A stretch of 64,000 bases of DNA from a gamma proteobacterium SCGC AAA168-P09 (GTDB lineage Bacteria; Pseudomonadota; Gammaproteobacteria; Magnimaribacterales; D2472), in contig ARRL01000001.1 of NCBI GenBank assembly GCA_000385055.1, positions 292,934-356,933 on the forward strand, written 5' to 3'. The position numbers were made by a program, and so were the translations under genes. Below, in pieces: positions 18,682-28,570 of the stretch. The notes under the pieces are model-generated. The model was not told the origin of the DNA, made no database searches, and worked only from the letters and a program-made list of their open reading frames with translations. Each line of letters begins with the position of its first letter. The first letter of the stretch is position 1.

Positions 18682-20928
18682 GTGATCATATCAAATAATA
18701 TAGCTGAGTACGCCTGTAATAAGGACGCTTCAGTAAAGTCAGCGCTAGAGCAGCTGGAAAGAACGGGACTGCAGATTCTTTTCTTAGTCGATTCTGCTGG
18801 AAAGATGTCTGGCGTAGTTACAGATGGTGATGTTAGGCGTTGGTTGTTAGAGCAGCCATTAGCCGATCTCACTCAGTCGATTAGTGTAATTGCACCTTCA
18901 AAATACGTAAGTGCAAGACAAGGACAACGAATTTCAGATTTAAACAATGTCCTTGTTTCAGGCAAGAAGCGAATACCTTTGCTAAATTCACGTGGTATTC
19001 TCGTTGGTGTAGTTGAAGAAAAGACAGATATTATGAAAATTGGGACTAAAAAGATAGGTCCCAATCATCCTGTTTATATAATTGCTGAAATTGGAAACAA
19101 TCACCAAGGAAGTCTTGAAACAGCTAAATCACTTATTGAAATGGCGGCTTCGGCTGGTGTTGATTCAGTAAAGTTTCAGATGAGAAGTATGGATGCCTTA
19201 TACGGCGAAAACGCAAGGGAGGAGTCAAACTCTCTTGACTTAGGGGCACAATATACTGCTGAATTACTATCAAAATATCAACTAACTGATGACGAACTTT
19301 TTCAAGCCTTTGATCATTGTAAAAAAAATGGTGTGGAGCCTATATGCACACCATGGGATCTAGAAAGCTTAGCGAAGCTTGAATCTTACGGTTTGGCTGC
19401 TTACAAGGTTGCATCTGCTGACTTTACCAATCATGAGTTGCTTGTTGCGGTATCAAAGACTAATGCACCGATGATTTGTTCTACCGGAATGTGTAGTGAG
19501 GAAGAAATTAAAAGCAGTTCGGATTTGCTAAAGGATCTTGGGGCTCAAGCTATTCTTTTGCATTGTAATTCAACATATCCAACTCCATTTAAGGATGTGA
19601 ATCTTAAATACTTGCCCGAGCTGAAACGACATGGTTTTGAGGTTGGATACTCAGGTCATGAAAGAGGTGGTTTTATACCACTTGCAGCAGTGGCGATGGG
19701 TGCGTGTGTGATTGAAAAGCATATTACTTTTGACAAAACACAGGATGGTAATGACCATAAAGTGAGCCTTCTTCCTGATGAACTAAATCAAATGGTTAAA
19801 CAAATACGATCGACGGAGATTGCTATTGGTAATTCTGGTCAACGGCTTATGACCCAGGGCGAAATGATAAATAGGGAGGTCTTAGCCAAGAGTCTTTATG
19901 TAAAAAAAGACATCTTAAAAGGTGATACCATAACTCGCGATATCATAGGAATTAAGAGCCCTGGTCAGGGACTTCAGCCAAATATGATTGACCGGTTAAT
20001 CGGAAGAATCTCAAATAGAGATATGAAGACAGGTTCCTTTTTTTTTGATTCGGACTTGAAGCAGTCTTCGTCGAGAAAGAAAAGATACGAATTTTCCAGA
20101 CCATATGGCATCCCAGTTCGGTATCATGACTTTGAAAAAATGTCTTCTCAAGGACATCTCGACTTTGTTGAATTTCATCTTTCATATCAAGATCTGCTGC
20201 TTACTCCATCAGATTTTATCTCTGGTAAACAGAACCTATTTTTTGCCGTTCATGCCCCTGAGCTATTTGAGGGAGAACACATTCTAGACTTGTGTTCATC
20301 TGATCAGGTATACCGGCATAAATCAATTGATAATCTTAATCATGTAATAGAGCATACCGCGCTTATCGCAAAATGTTTTCCAGAACAAGCACCTCCTATA
20401 CTTGTTGTAAATGCAGGAGGATGGAGTAAAAATGATTTTATCAGTTTTGATGAAAAGCAAAATCGCTATGGCAATTTAAAGCTCAGCTTAAATGAAGTTA
20501 ATACCGAATTAGTTCAGATAGCAATTCAAACAATGCCTCCATTCCCATGGCATTTTGGAGGGCAAAGTTACCATAATTTATTCGTTAATCCCGATGAAAT
20601 AGATTCATTTTGCTCTGATACTGGAACGAAAGTTTGTTTAGATGTGTCACATACAATGATGTCTTGTAATTATTATGGTTGGAGTTTATCTTCGTTCATT
20701 AAAAAGATAAGCGGTCATATCAGTTACCTGCACATCGTCGATGCATTGGGCCATGATGGAGAGGGTGTACAAATAGGTAAAGGTGATGTAGATTTCTATG
20801 AATTGGGAGAAATTTTAAGGGAAGCTTGTCCTGAAGCACCATTTATTCCTGAAGTTTGGCAAGGTCATACTGATAATGGCGCTGGTTTCTGGAGCGGGCT
20901 AAATTATCTTGAAAAAACTTTAAAGTAG
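18682..20928 (+). CDS. N-acetylneuraminate synthase (NeuB) family protein with N-terminal CBS domains, SAF domain and C-terminal xylose-isomerase-like TIM barrel
   Basis: TDGDVRR CBS; YIIAEIGNNHQG, KVASAD, LHCNSTYP, GYSGHE, IEKH.T.D; C-terminal CLDVSH, HIVDA, PEVWQGH. Confidence 0.88.
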   Translation: MIISNNIAEYACNKDASVKSALEQLERTGLQILFLVDSAGKMSGVVTDGDVRRWLLEQPLADLTQSISVIAPSKYVSARQGQRISDLNNVLVSGKKRIPLLNSRGILVGVVEEKTDIMKIGTKKIGPNHPVYIIAEIGNNHQGSLETAKSLIEMAASAGVDSVKFQMRSMDALYGENAREESNSLDLGAQYTAELLSKYQLTDDELFQAFDHCKKNGVEPICTPWDLESLAKLESYGLAAYKVASADFTNHELLVAVSKTNAPMICSTGMCSEEEIKSSSDLLKDLGAQAILLHCNSTYPTPFKDVNLKYLPELKRHGFEVGYSGHERGGFIPLAAVAMGACVIEKHITFDKTQDGNDHKVSLLPDELNQMVKQIRSTEIAIGNSGQRLMTQGEMINREVLAKSLYVKKDILKGDTITRDIIGIKSPGQGLQPNMIDRLIGRISNRDMKTGSFFFDSDLKQSSSRKKRYEFSRPYGIPVRYHDFEKMSSQGHLDFVEFHLSYQDLLLTPSDFISGKQNLFFAVHAPELFEGEHILDLCSSDQVYRHKSIDNLNHVIEHTALIAKCFPEQAPPILVVNAGGWSKNDFISFDEKQNRYGNLKLSLNEVNTELVQIAIQTMPPFPWHFGGQSYHNLFVNPDEIDSFCSDTGTKVCLDVSHTMMSCNYYGWSLSSFIKKISGHISYLHIVDALGHDGEGVQIGKGDVDFYELGEILREACPEAPFIPEVWQGHTDNGAGFWSGLNYLEKTLK

Positions 20929-20939
20929 GTTATAGCAAA

Positions 20940-21575
20940 ATGGTTAAAAATAATAATAAAAGCACTAGATACCAAGATTACGTGATAAAAGACGGAAAGT
21001 TTATTGGTGATTTTGAGAAAATGTATCAAAACTGTTCGGATCCATGGGAGCAGTCTGAACGTGAAATTTTTGCTTCCGAAAAAGCTGCGTGTACAAATTT
21101 AATTGAAGCTATGTCTTTTAAATCGGTGGTGGAGATAGGGTGTGGATTTGGCCAGTTTACTAATCAATTAAATCAAGTAGCGGATAATGTTATTGGATTT
21201 GATATCTCTCCGACAGCAATTAATCAAGCTTCTATGAGATATCCTCATTGTAAGTTTGAAGTAAGCTCCTTTCCAGACTTTGAGCGTTTGCGAACTCTTA
21301 AACCAGATTGTATTGTTATGGCCGAGGTGACATGGTATGTACTCGATGAATTAGATTCTTTTTTACATTTTTTAAGAACAGAAATGCCTGAAACATACCT
21401 CATGCATATGCTCATGACATATAAAAAAGGTGAGCAGAAGTATGGTGCAGATAAATTTACCAACTTGTACGAAATTAAAAAGTACTTTGACATGAATTAT
21501 ATCGAAAGTGGTGAGGTAGAGAGGCCTGAATGGGTTGGGGGGAGAAGAACGTATTTTTTAGGTCGTTATGCCTGA
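20940..21575 (+). CDS. class I SAM-dependent methyltransferase
   Basis: VVEIGCGFG, GFDISPTA. Confidence 0.85.
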   Translation: MVKNNNKSTRYQDYVIKDGKFIGDFEKMYQNCSDPWEQSEREIFASEKAACTNLIEAMSFKSVVEIGCGFGQFTNQLNQVADNVIGFDISPTAINQASMRYPHCKFEVSSFPDFERLRTLKPDCIVMAEVTWYVLDELDSFLHFLRTEMPETYLMHMLMTYKKGEQKYGADKFTNLYEIKKYFDMNYIESGEVERPEWVGGRRTYFLGRYA

Positions 21576-21706
21576 AAAATTTTCCTTTGTTTCTTCTTTA
21601 CGCCCTATTACGCTATATTAACAAAGTCGATGATAGCCAGTACAAATTGTATTCTTAAGGTTTGCTATGGCATAGGTAAAGTATATGTTTATTAAGGATA
21701 AAAAAT

Positions 21707-22990
21707 ATGAAAAAAGTTCCAATTCTCGATAAAACCATCGCTGTTATAGGTCTTGGATATGTTGGTTTGCCTTTAGCCCTTGCATTCAGTAAATGCTATA
21801 AAACTCTGGGTTTCGATATTAACGATAATAGAATCTCAGAGCTATCACGTGGGTTTGATAAAACAGGGGAAGCTGAAGAACATGAGCTTCTAGGTGCAAA
21901 ATCTTTGATCTATACTTCTCAACTTGATGAACTTAAAGATGCCGACATTTATATTGTTACAGTGCCCACACCAGTCGACAAATTTAATCGACCAGATCTA
22001 ACTCCTCTTCATAACGCCTCCAAGTCTATTGGTAAGATATTATCTTGTGGAAATCTGGTTATATTTGAGTCAACCGTATATCCTGGTGCAACTGAAGAAG
22101 AGTGTGTGCCATATTTGGAGAGTGAGTCAGGGTTGACTGCTAATGTCGATTTTTTTTATGGATACAGCCCTGAAAGGATAAATCCCGGCGACAAGAATAA
22201 TCGGCTCGAAAGTATTATCAAATTAACATCAGGATCATGCGAATCTGCAGCTTTAGAGGTTGATTCATTATACAAAAGTATTATTAGTGCAGGGACATAT
22301 CTTTGTGCCTCTGTTAGAGTCGCTGAGGCTGCAAAAGCAATTGAAAACACTCAACGAGATGTGAATATTGCGTTTGTTAACGAGTTGACAATGCTATTCA
22401 ACAAACTGGGTCTTGATGTCAATGATGTTTTAGATGCTGCCTCTACAAAATGGAATTTTCTAGACTTTCGGCCTGGACTTGTTGGTGGACATTGTATTGG
22501 AGTCGACCCTTATTATTTATCTCACAAATCTCAGTCTTTAGGTTATTACTCAGAGATTATATCAGTCGCACGCAGAGTCAATGATTCAATGTCTGAGTAC
22601 GTTGTGTCAAAACTCGTTAGAGCTCTTATTACTGCTGGTGCAGATTTGAAATCAGTTAAGTTGTTGATCATGGGATTGACATTTAAGGAAAATTGTCCTG
22701 ACATTCGCAATAGTAAAGTAATCGATATTTGCCAGGAGCTTCAAAAGCTCAATATCTCTTTTGATGTATATGATCCTTATGTTGATGAGGAGGCTGTATA
22801 TAATGAATATGGTATTGGTGTTATCAAAGAGCTTCCTCCGAGCGATTATGATGCCGCCATAGTTACAGTTGGGCATGATACCTTCAAAGAGTTAGGCGCA
22901 GCAGGCGTGCGAAAGTTCTTAAAGTCAGGCTCCATCATTTTTGATGTTAAAGCAATTTACCCTCAAAGAGATGTAGATCTGCGTTTATGA
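21707..22990 (+). CDS. nucleotide-sugar dehydrogenase (UDP-HexNAc 6-dehydrogenase, TviB/WbpO-like), intact
   Basis: GLGYVGLP, IVTVPTP, ESTVYPG, YSPERINPG, ENTQRDVNIAF, GGHCIGVDP, TFKENCPDIRNSK. Confidence 0.92.
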   Translation: MKKVPILDKTIAVIGLGYVGLPLALAFSKCYKTLGFDINDNRISELSRGFDKTGEAEEHELLGAKSLIYTSQLDELKDADIYIVTVPTPVDKFNRPDLTPLHNASKSIGKILSCGNLVIFESTVYPGATEEECVPYLESESGLTANVDFFYGYSPERINPGDKNNRLESIIKLTSGSCESAALEVDSLYKSIISAGTYLCASVRVAEAAKAIENTQRDVNIAFVNELTMLFNKLGLDVNDVLDAASTKWNFLDFRPGLVGGHCIGVDPYYLSHKSQSLGYYSEIISVARRVNDSMSEYVVSKLVRALITAGADLKSVKLLIMGLTFKENCPDIRNSKVIDICQELQKLNISFDVYDPYVDEEAVYNEYGIGVIKELPPSDYDAAIVTVGHDTFKELGAAGVRKFLKSGSIIFDVKAIYPQRDVDLRL

Positions 22991-24024
22991 AAAACCGCGG
23001 GTGTTCAAATTGGTTTTTCGTCGAATCCCCTTTGCAGTTGATAAACGCGTTTGAAGCATTACATTACTTTTTGCTTGAGCACCAAAATAACATAATCTTG
23101 ATTAGAAAATCGTCAAGCGAGCTTGCAAATAAGCAATTAGAAAAGACACTTCAACTTTATGATTTAAGTAAAGTGCGTATCATTTATATTGGAGAATTAT
23201 TCCCAAAGTTATATTTTTTCAATGTTGTAACTATTATAGTTAAAATCTTGAGCCAATCTGGTATGCATAAATTTTATATTGGTGAGTACAGTGCACTATG
23301 GGCTCGAATCATTCCTTATCTTTTTTCAAAATCGTCCTTTATTTTATTTGATGATGGCAGCGCAACTATACCTCTTCATCAATATGAATATGATTTTTCT
23401 AAATATCGTGGCAGCTCGAAGTGGAAAAAATTCATTAAAGCACCTATTTTCAAATTGTTACATGGTGGCGCTAGAAAAGTCACTTTATTCACGATGTTCG
23501 ACTTAAAGCCTTATCCAAGTCAGAAAGTTTTTAAAAATTCTTTTGCCTTCTTGAAACAAAAATTTAGAGAGGAGTCATCAAATCCTGATCTCGTATATTT
23601 TATTGGAGGTAATTGGGTTGAAAGTAATGAAGTGAAAAAAGAAGATTATTTATTACTCTTAACCAACATATTTAAAATATATACAGATCAAAAAAAGAAA
23701 ATAATCTACTTTCCTCATCGTAAAGAAAAACTTGAGAAATTCAATGGACTTAGAGCTATGTTTGATTGTTCGCTCGAGATCATTACGTTAGATGTTCCGG
23801 TTGAAGTTTATTTTCTGCATAAAAAGGAAAAGCCAATTAATATTTGCGGCTTTGGTTCAACCGCATTATTTACACTAAATCAAATGTACACACCAAAGGA
23901 TCTAATTTCCTACCGAATCCCAAGATATATGTTGGCTGGAAATCTTGCAGAGTCGACTGGGATTATTAATAGTTATTATGAAGCATTTTCAGCCATTGAT
24001 TTTAAAGATATAAATGTCTCTTAG
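22987..24024 (+). CDS. hypothetical protein, possibly a sialyltransferase-like glycosyltransferase
   Basis: ESPLQL N-terminus, FDDG and YFPHR motifs, position in a nonulosonate cluster; family assignment inferred. Confidence 0.55.
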   Translation: MKNRGCSNWFFVESPLQLINAFEALHYFLLEHQNNIILIRKSSSELANKQLEKTLQLYDLSKVRIIYIGELFPKLYFFNVVTIIVKILSQSGMHKFYIGEYSALWARIIPYLFSKSSFILFDDGSATIPLHQYEYDFSKYRGSSKWKKFIKAPIFKLLHGGARKVTLFTMFDLKPYPSQKVFKNSFAFLKQKFREESSNPDLVYFIGGNWVESNEVKKEDYLLLLTNIFKIYTDQKKKIIYFPHRKEKLEKFNGLRAMFDCSLEIITLDVPVEVYFLHKKEKPINICGFGSTALFTLNQMYTPKDLISYRIPRYMLAGNLAESTGIINSYYEAFSAIDFKDINVS

Positions 24025-24292
24025 ATTAGGTAGATATTTTTTACAGTAAAATGTATTTTTTAAACTGGTGTGAATGCATAAGAATATACCATTAGTTTAG
24101 GGCTTTCTTTAGTGTTTAAGCACTCATTGTAATCATTGCTGGCTTTATTGTCATTTAGCTAACTCAGTCCAGGTTAAGGTTGATAAGTTGCACAATTTCA
24201 GATCTGTGCCGGCGTTTAGAATTCTGGTTAGAAATACTTCTTTTAGTGAAAAGGCTGTTTGATATGATGGATAAATACAAAAGAGAAATACC

Positions 24293-25546
24293 ATGATAAA
24301 GCACAGTATTATTTATATAAGCTCAAGCTTCCTCAGTAAAGCAACTCCCTTCATACTGTTGCCAGTCTTGACGATGTATTTGAGTCCTGAGGAAATGGGA
24401 AACATTTCCTTATTTCTTTCATTGGTTTCACTTTTTTTAATTTTATGCGGCCTATCCACGGACGGAATTGTTCCTGTTGATTTTTTTCGTCTAGGCAAAG
24501 AAAGGCTTAAATATTCGATTACTGCTATATGCATGATTATCTTTTTTGTTACTGTTTCTATGGGGGCCATATTCTTTTTATATCGTGAATTATTACCATC
24601 AATTACTAATATATCTTATGTCTATTTTAATCTGGCTCTTATAGTTGCTTCTTGTCAAATTTTTACGTTTGTTAACTTATCTTTGTGGCAGTCGGAAGGA
24701 GAACCAATTAAATTTGGTTTTTACGAAGTTAGTCAATCGTTACTAAACATCAGTCTTTCCTTATACTTAGTAGTAGTTTTAAAACTTGGTGATGACGGCC
24801 GTATTTTTGGGTACTCAATATCTTACTTTTTCTTTTTTTTATTGAGTTTACTTATTTTATTTAAAAGAAAGCTAATCGTATTCTCCTTGAATCTTCAGCG
24901 GATTCGAGAAGTATTAAGATTCGGGGTTTTATTAATGCCGCATGCAATTGCCTTATGGATTACCGCAAATATCAGTCGTTTTTTTTTAGCCAATTTGATG
25001 GATAATACATATGTAGGGATATATTTCGTTGCGACGCAGTTAGGCATTGTTATAACTGTTGTTGCATTAGCGACTCAGAAAGCGTTTGTCCCATATATGT
25101 ACAATTTATTAAATGATAAAAGAAATGCTGAACAGAGTAGACGAAAGGTGGTGATAGCAGCATATTATTATTTTATTTTTACATTTATGTTGGCAGCTGC
25201 TGCATTTTTAGTTTTTTCATTAATATTCAAATATTATGAGGTATCTGAATACCTTGCAGCCCTTGATATATTGCCTTGGATATTGGCTGGAGTTCTCTTC
25301 CACTCTTGGGGGATATTTTTCACAAATATCACTCTTTATACAAAAGAGACACAATATTTATCGATTGCAACTTTTATTGCTGCCTGTTTCCACATCATTG
25401 TATCTTATTTTGGCATCAAATTTTACGGGCTCCTTGGAGCTGCAATCTCGTTCACTATCACTAATTTTATAGCACTGGTCTTAAGTGCTTTCACATCTAA
25501 TCTACTTGTCCCACTGTCCTGGCGATTTCATAATACCCCATCTTAG
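24293..25546 (+). CDS. wzx: Wzx-type oligosaccharide flippase
   Basis: Many TM segments, PFILLPVLT.YLSPEEMG, V...G..GR, VGIYFVATQ. Confidence 0.82.
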   Translation: MIKHSIIYISSSFLSKATPFILLPVLTMYLSPEEMGNISLFLSLVSLFLILCGLSTDGIVPVDFFRLGKERLKYSITAICMIIFFVTVSMGAIFFLYRELLPSITNISYVYFNLALIVASCQIFTFVNLSLWQSEGEPIKFGFYEVSQSLLNISLSLYLVVVLKLGDDGRIFGYSISYFFFFLLSLLILFKRKLIVFSLNLQRIREVLRFGVLLMPHAIALWITANISRFFLANLMDNTYVGIYFVATQLGIVITVVALATQKAFVPYMYNLLNDKRNAEQSRRKVVIAAYYYFIFTFMLAAAAFLVFSLIFKYYEVSEYLAALDILPWILAGVLFHSWGIFFTNITLYTKETQYLSIATFIAACFHIIVSYFGIKFYGLLGAAISFTITNFIALVLSAFTSNLLVPLSWRFHNTPS

Positions 25547-25983
25547 TAAGTGTCAATTTAGATCCGAGTTAATAACATCATATTTTCCATATGATCTTGT
25601 ATAGAAAAGTTCTCGATATTTATGCTAGTAGTATCGATCTATTTTGGTTTTGTAATTTTTGGCCTGTCAATCTGTTTCAGAATATGGTTACCTTCAGATT
25701 ATAGGATAAATTACTTTAGTCAGGTAATACATTAATTTTATTTCTTTAAATATAATTATGATTTCATCTATTAGGTGCTTTCATTTCGAATTACAAGAAG
25801 GAGGTAAGCTTGCAGTTAAATTGATAATTTAATATCAATCTAGGCTTTATGAAATCCAATCCTCATTGATCTTATTCACATTCTTTGAGTAATCGTTCAA
25901 CCTTGATTAAGTATGCGTATGGGCTTAATAATTTAATTAATATTTAGTTATACTAATATTATCAATTCAAGATTTAGGTTTAT

Positions 25984-27195
25984 ATGGGTGATTTTTTTGG
26001 TCTTCTAATAATATTTTTTCTAATGGCCTACATCTATTTGTCGCCAGTCTTTAGATCTGAAAAGGGAATATTAACACTAATTTTTGTTTTATTAGCAGTC
26101 AGGGTTGGTATCGCTGCTTGGAATGGTTTTGTCGGACCTACTCTGGGAGCTGACTCTGATGCGTTGCAATTCTTCGAAGAGGCGGTTGATCTTAAAAATG
26201 CGCGTATATTCACTTTAGGTTCTGGTGTTAGGGTATACAGCCAATTTTTGGGATACTTTATGTGGATTGGCGAATCAATATTTCTTGCTTGTATCTTATC
26301 GGTAGTAGCCTTCACTTTTTCTGCAAAACACTTACTTGATATTTGTGATTCTATTGACCGAGGACCGTTTAAGTTTCATATTTTACTTTCGTTCGGCCTT
26401 CTTCCTTCCATGATCTTATTTGGATCAGTAATGTTAAGAGAGTCATTTCAAATATTATTCTTTATTTTTTCTATGAAATCATTCATTACTTTTTATATTG
26501 ATAGGAAAATCGTTCATTATTTTTTAGGTATATTTTCTTTATTTTTGATGGGAAGCTTGCATGAGGCACTGTTGATAATTGCTATTTTGATACTCCCAAT
26601 TATTACTTTATTTAATTACAACAAAATTGGATCTTGGCCTATATATTCGAAAGGTAAACTCTATTCATATATTCTGCTGACTATCGTTACATTGACTAGC
26701 TTTGCTATTCTTCCTTTCGTCATTGAAGAGCTATCTATACTTAGTGCTTTGAATGGAGGAGACATCACCAGATATACATCAAACTATCGAGAGAGCTTAG
26801 TTGGGCTTGGAAGTAGGTCGGCTTATGATGCTGCATTAAATTTTTCTTCATTTGGCTCATTTGTTTCTTCGACGTTTGTAGTGTTGATTCATTATCTATA
26901 CTACCCCTTTCCATGGAAAGTAACAGGCTTTCTAGATATTTATGCATTCATAGAGGTTATTTGGCGCGGAGCTCTGATATTCTTCTCGTTCAAAAGTATT
27001 TTTATTGCAAAGGGAAACATGAGAAGGCTAAACATTTTATTGCTTGCAGTTTATTTCATAATGGCATTAGTCTGGTCCTCAGGTACGAGTAATGTAGGCC
27101 AAAGTTTGAGGCATAATATAGTGCACTATTGGATTCTATTGGTTCTGGGTATGCCATATTTGATGATGTATTTGAGGCGTCTTTTTAAGACATAA
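25984..27195 (+). CDS. putative Wzy-type polymerase (polytopic membrane protein)
   Basis: Multi-TM protein with periplasmic loop, in wzz/wzx cluster. Confidence 0.6.
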   Translation: MGDFFGLLIIFFLMAYIYLSPVFRSEKGILTLIFVLLAVRVGIAAWNGFVGPTLGADSDALQFFEEAVDLKNARIFTLGSGVRVYSQFLGYFMWIGESIFLACILSVVAFTFSAKHLLDICDSIDRGPFKFHILLSFGLLPSMILFGSVMLRESFQILFFIFSMKSFITFYIDRKIVHYFLGIFSLFLMGSLHEALLIIAILILPIITLFNYNKIGSWPIYSKGKLYSYILLTIVTLTSFAILPFVIEELSILSALNGGDITRYTSNYRESLVGLGSRSAYDAALNFSSFGSFVSSTFVVLIHYLYYPFPWKVTGFLDIYAFIEVIWRGALIFFSFKSIFIAKGNMRRLNILLLAVYFIMALVWSSGTSNVGQSLRHNIVHYWILLVLGMPYLMMYLRRLFKT

Positions 27196-27213
27196 TAAAA
27201 ATTACTTTCGCTA

Positions 27214-28356
27214 CTATAGTTGGTTATAGAATTCAATTAATCCATCCCAAACTACCTCAGATTTAAACTCCGCCTCAATTCGTTTACGCCCCATTTTACC
27301 CATTTTGTCTCTTAAGTTTTTATCATTAATAAGTAGAAGAAGTTTGTTGAATAAATCATTTTCATTTTCTTTTTCGACAAGAAATCCGGAAATATTATGA
27401 CTAACGCTTTCTCTGCAACCAATAACGTTATATGAAACGATGGGCAAGAGCATGGCTGATGCTTCCAATGCCACATTTCCAAAGCCTTCTCTATGACTTG
27501 GGAAGGCTAGTATATCAGAGGCTGCATAGGTAACATTAGCACTCCTATTGAAATGAATGTGGTGGATGTTTGCCCTAGTTTTAATTGTCTTCATTACATC
27601 ATCACATAGCGGATCTACATCCTCATAGTGGCCTTGTAAAATAAGATGCACATTTTCCTCAACCTCGGATATTTTTTCGAACACTCTCACTAATTCATTG
27701 ATGCCTTTCTCACGCCTAATTCTTCCCATGGATAATATAACGAGTGCATCTGAAGATATTCCCAATTTTTCTCTTAAATTGCGCGCTTCATAATCAAGGG
27801 TCTTGTTGCGAGTGAATATATTTAGGTCAACTCCGTTTCCAGAACCAGAGCCAATAATATTCATTTTTCTGGATGGACAGAGTCGTTTATTAACGATATC
27901 GTTTCCTAATTCTTTTGAAATAGAAATTACTTTGTTGGCAAGAGTGCAGCTTATAAACTCCAAAAATTCAAATAACTTCAACTTTCGGCCTTCAAAGTTT
28001 TCATATGCTCGACCTCTTATGGTGTAAATAACATTTCGATGAAAAGTCAATCTAGCTGCGATTGATGCAAGTAATGCTGCTTTGGGTGTTGACACGTGAA
28101 CGATATCGTAACGGTGTGTTACAAAGTGCCAGAATAATTTAGTCAGCGATTTGAGATCTTGTAAAATAGACGGCTCTCTAGTTATTGATATTTCATAAGT
28201 TTTAATTCCTTGGTCTCTAAGTAACTGATGCTCTTCCCCTGGCGACGCAATAGCAGTGACTTCAAAGCCGTGTTCTTGAAGGTAAGCCATTTGATTTCTA
28301 TACAATATATATAAAACAAAAGATGGGGCTACTACAATACATATCTTTTTTTTCAT
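27214..28356 (-). CDS. GT4-family glycosyltransferase
   Basis: DIVHVSTPKA, GRIRREKG, FPSHREGFGNV.LEA. Confidence 0.9.
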   Translation of the reverse strand: MKKKICIVVAPSFVLYILYRNQMAYLQEHGFEVTAIASPGEEHQLLRDQGIKTYEISITREPSILQDLKSLTKLFWHFVTHRYDIVHVSTPKAALLASIAARLTFHRNVIYTIRGRAYENFEGRKLKLFEFLEFISCTLANKVISISKELGNDIVNKRLCPSRKMNIIGSGSGNGVDLNIFTRNKTLDYEARNLREKLGISSDALVILSMGRIRREKGINELVRVFEKISEVEENVHLILQGHYEDVDPLCDDVMKTIKTRANIHHIHFNRSANVTYAASDILAFPSHREGFGNVALEASAMLLPIVSYNVIGCRESVSHNISGFLVEKENENDLFNKLLLLINDKNLRDKMGKMGRKRIEAEFKSEVVWDGLIEFYNQL

Positions 28357-28570
28357 TATATGGAAGGGTGAAATACCGTCATTACTGAATAAATCTATCT
28401 GTTCGGAATATTAATTTTAGACTTGGATGATAGAGAAAAAACATTAATTTATTCTACATTAATTAGACTTTATTGCTACTCGTTTATAATGCAGATATAG
28501 GCTAACTACTATATAATTCAAATTTCAAAAAAGATAGTTTTTAAAAGATAGTTATAGTTAAAAATAAAAA

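Noticed and set aside
25798-25805. Strong SD (AAGGAGGT) in the 437-bp wzx-wzy gap
   Set aside because: Followed only by a 4-codon TTG ORF; no recognisable gene remnant.
28529-28557. Short direct repeat AAAAGATAGTT x2 in the divergent promoter region
   Set aside because: Low-complexity AT-rich sequence with only two copies; insufficient support for a binding site.
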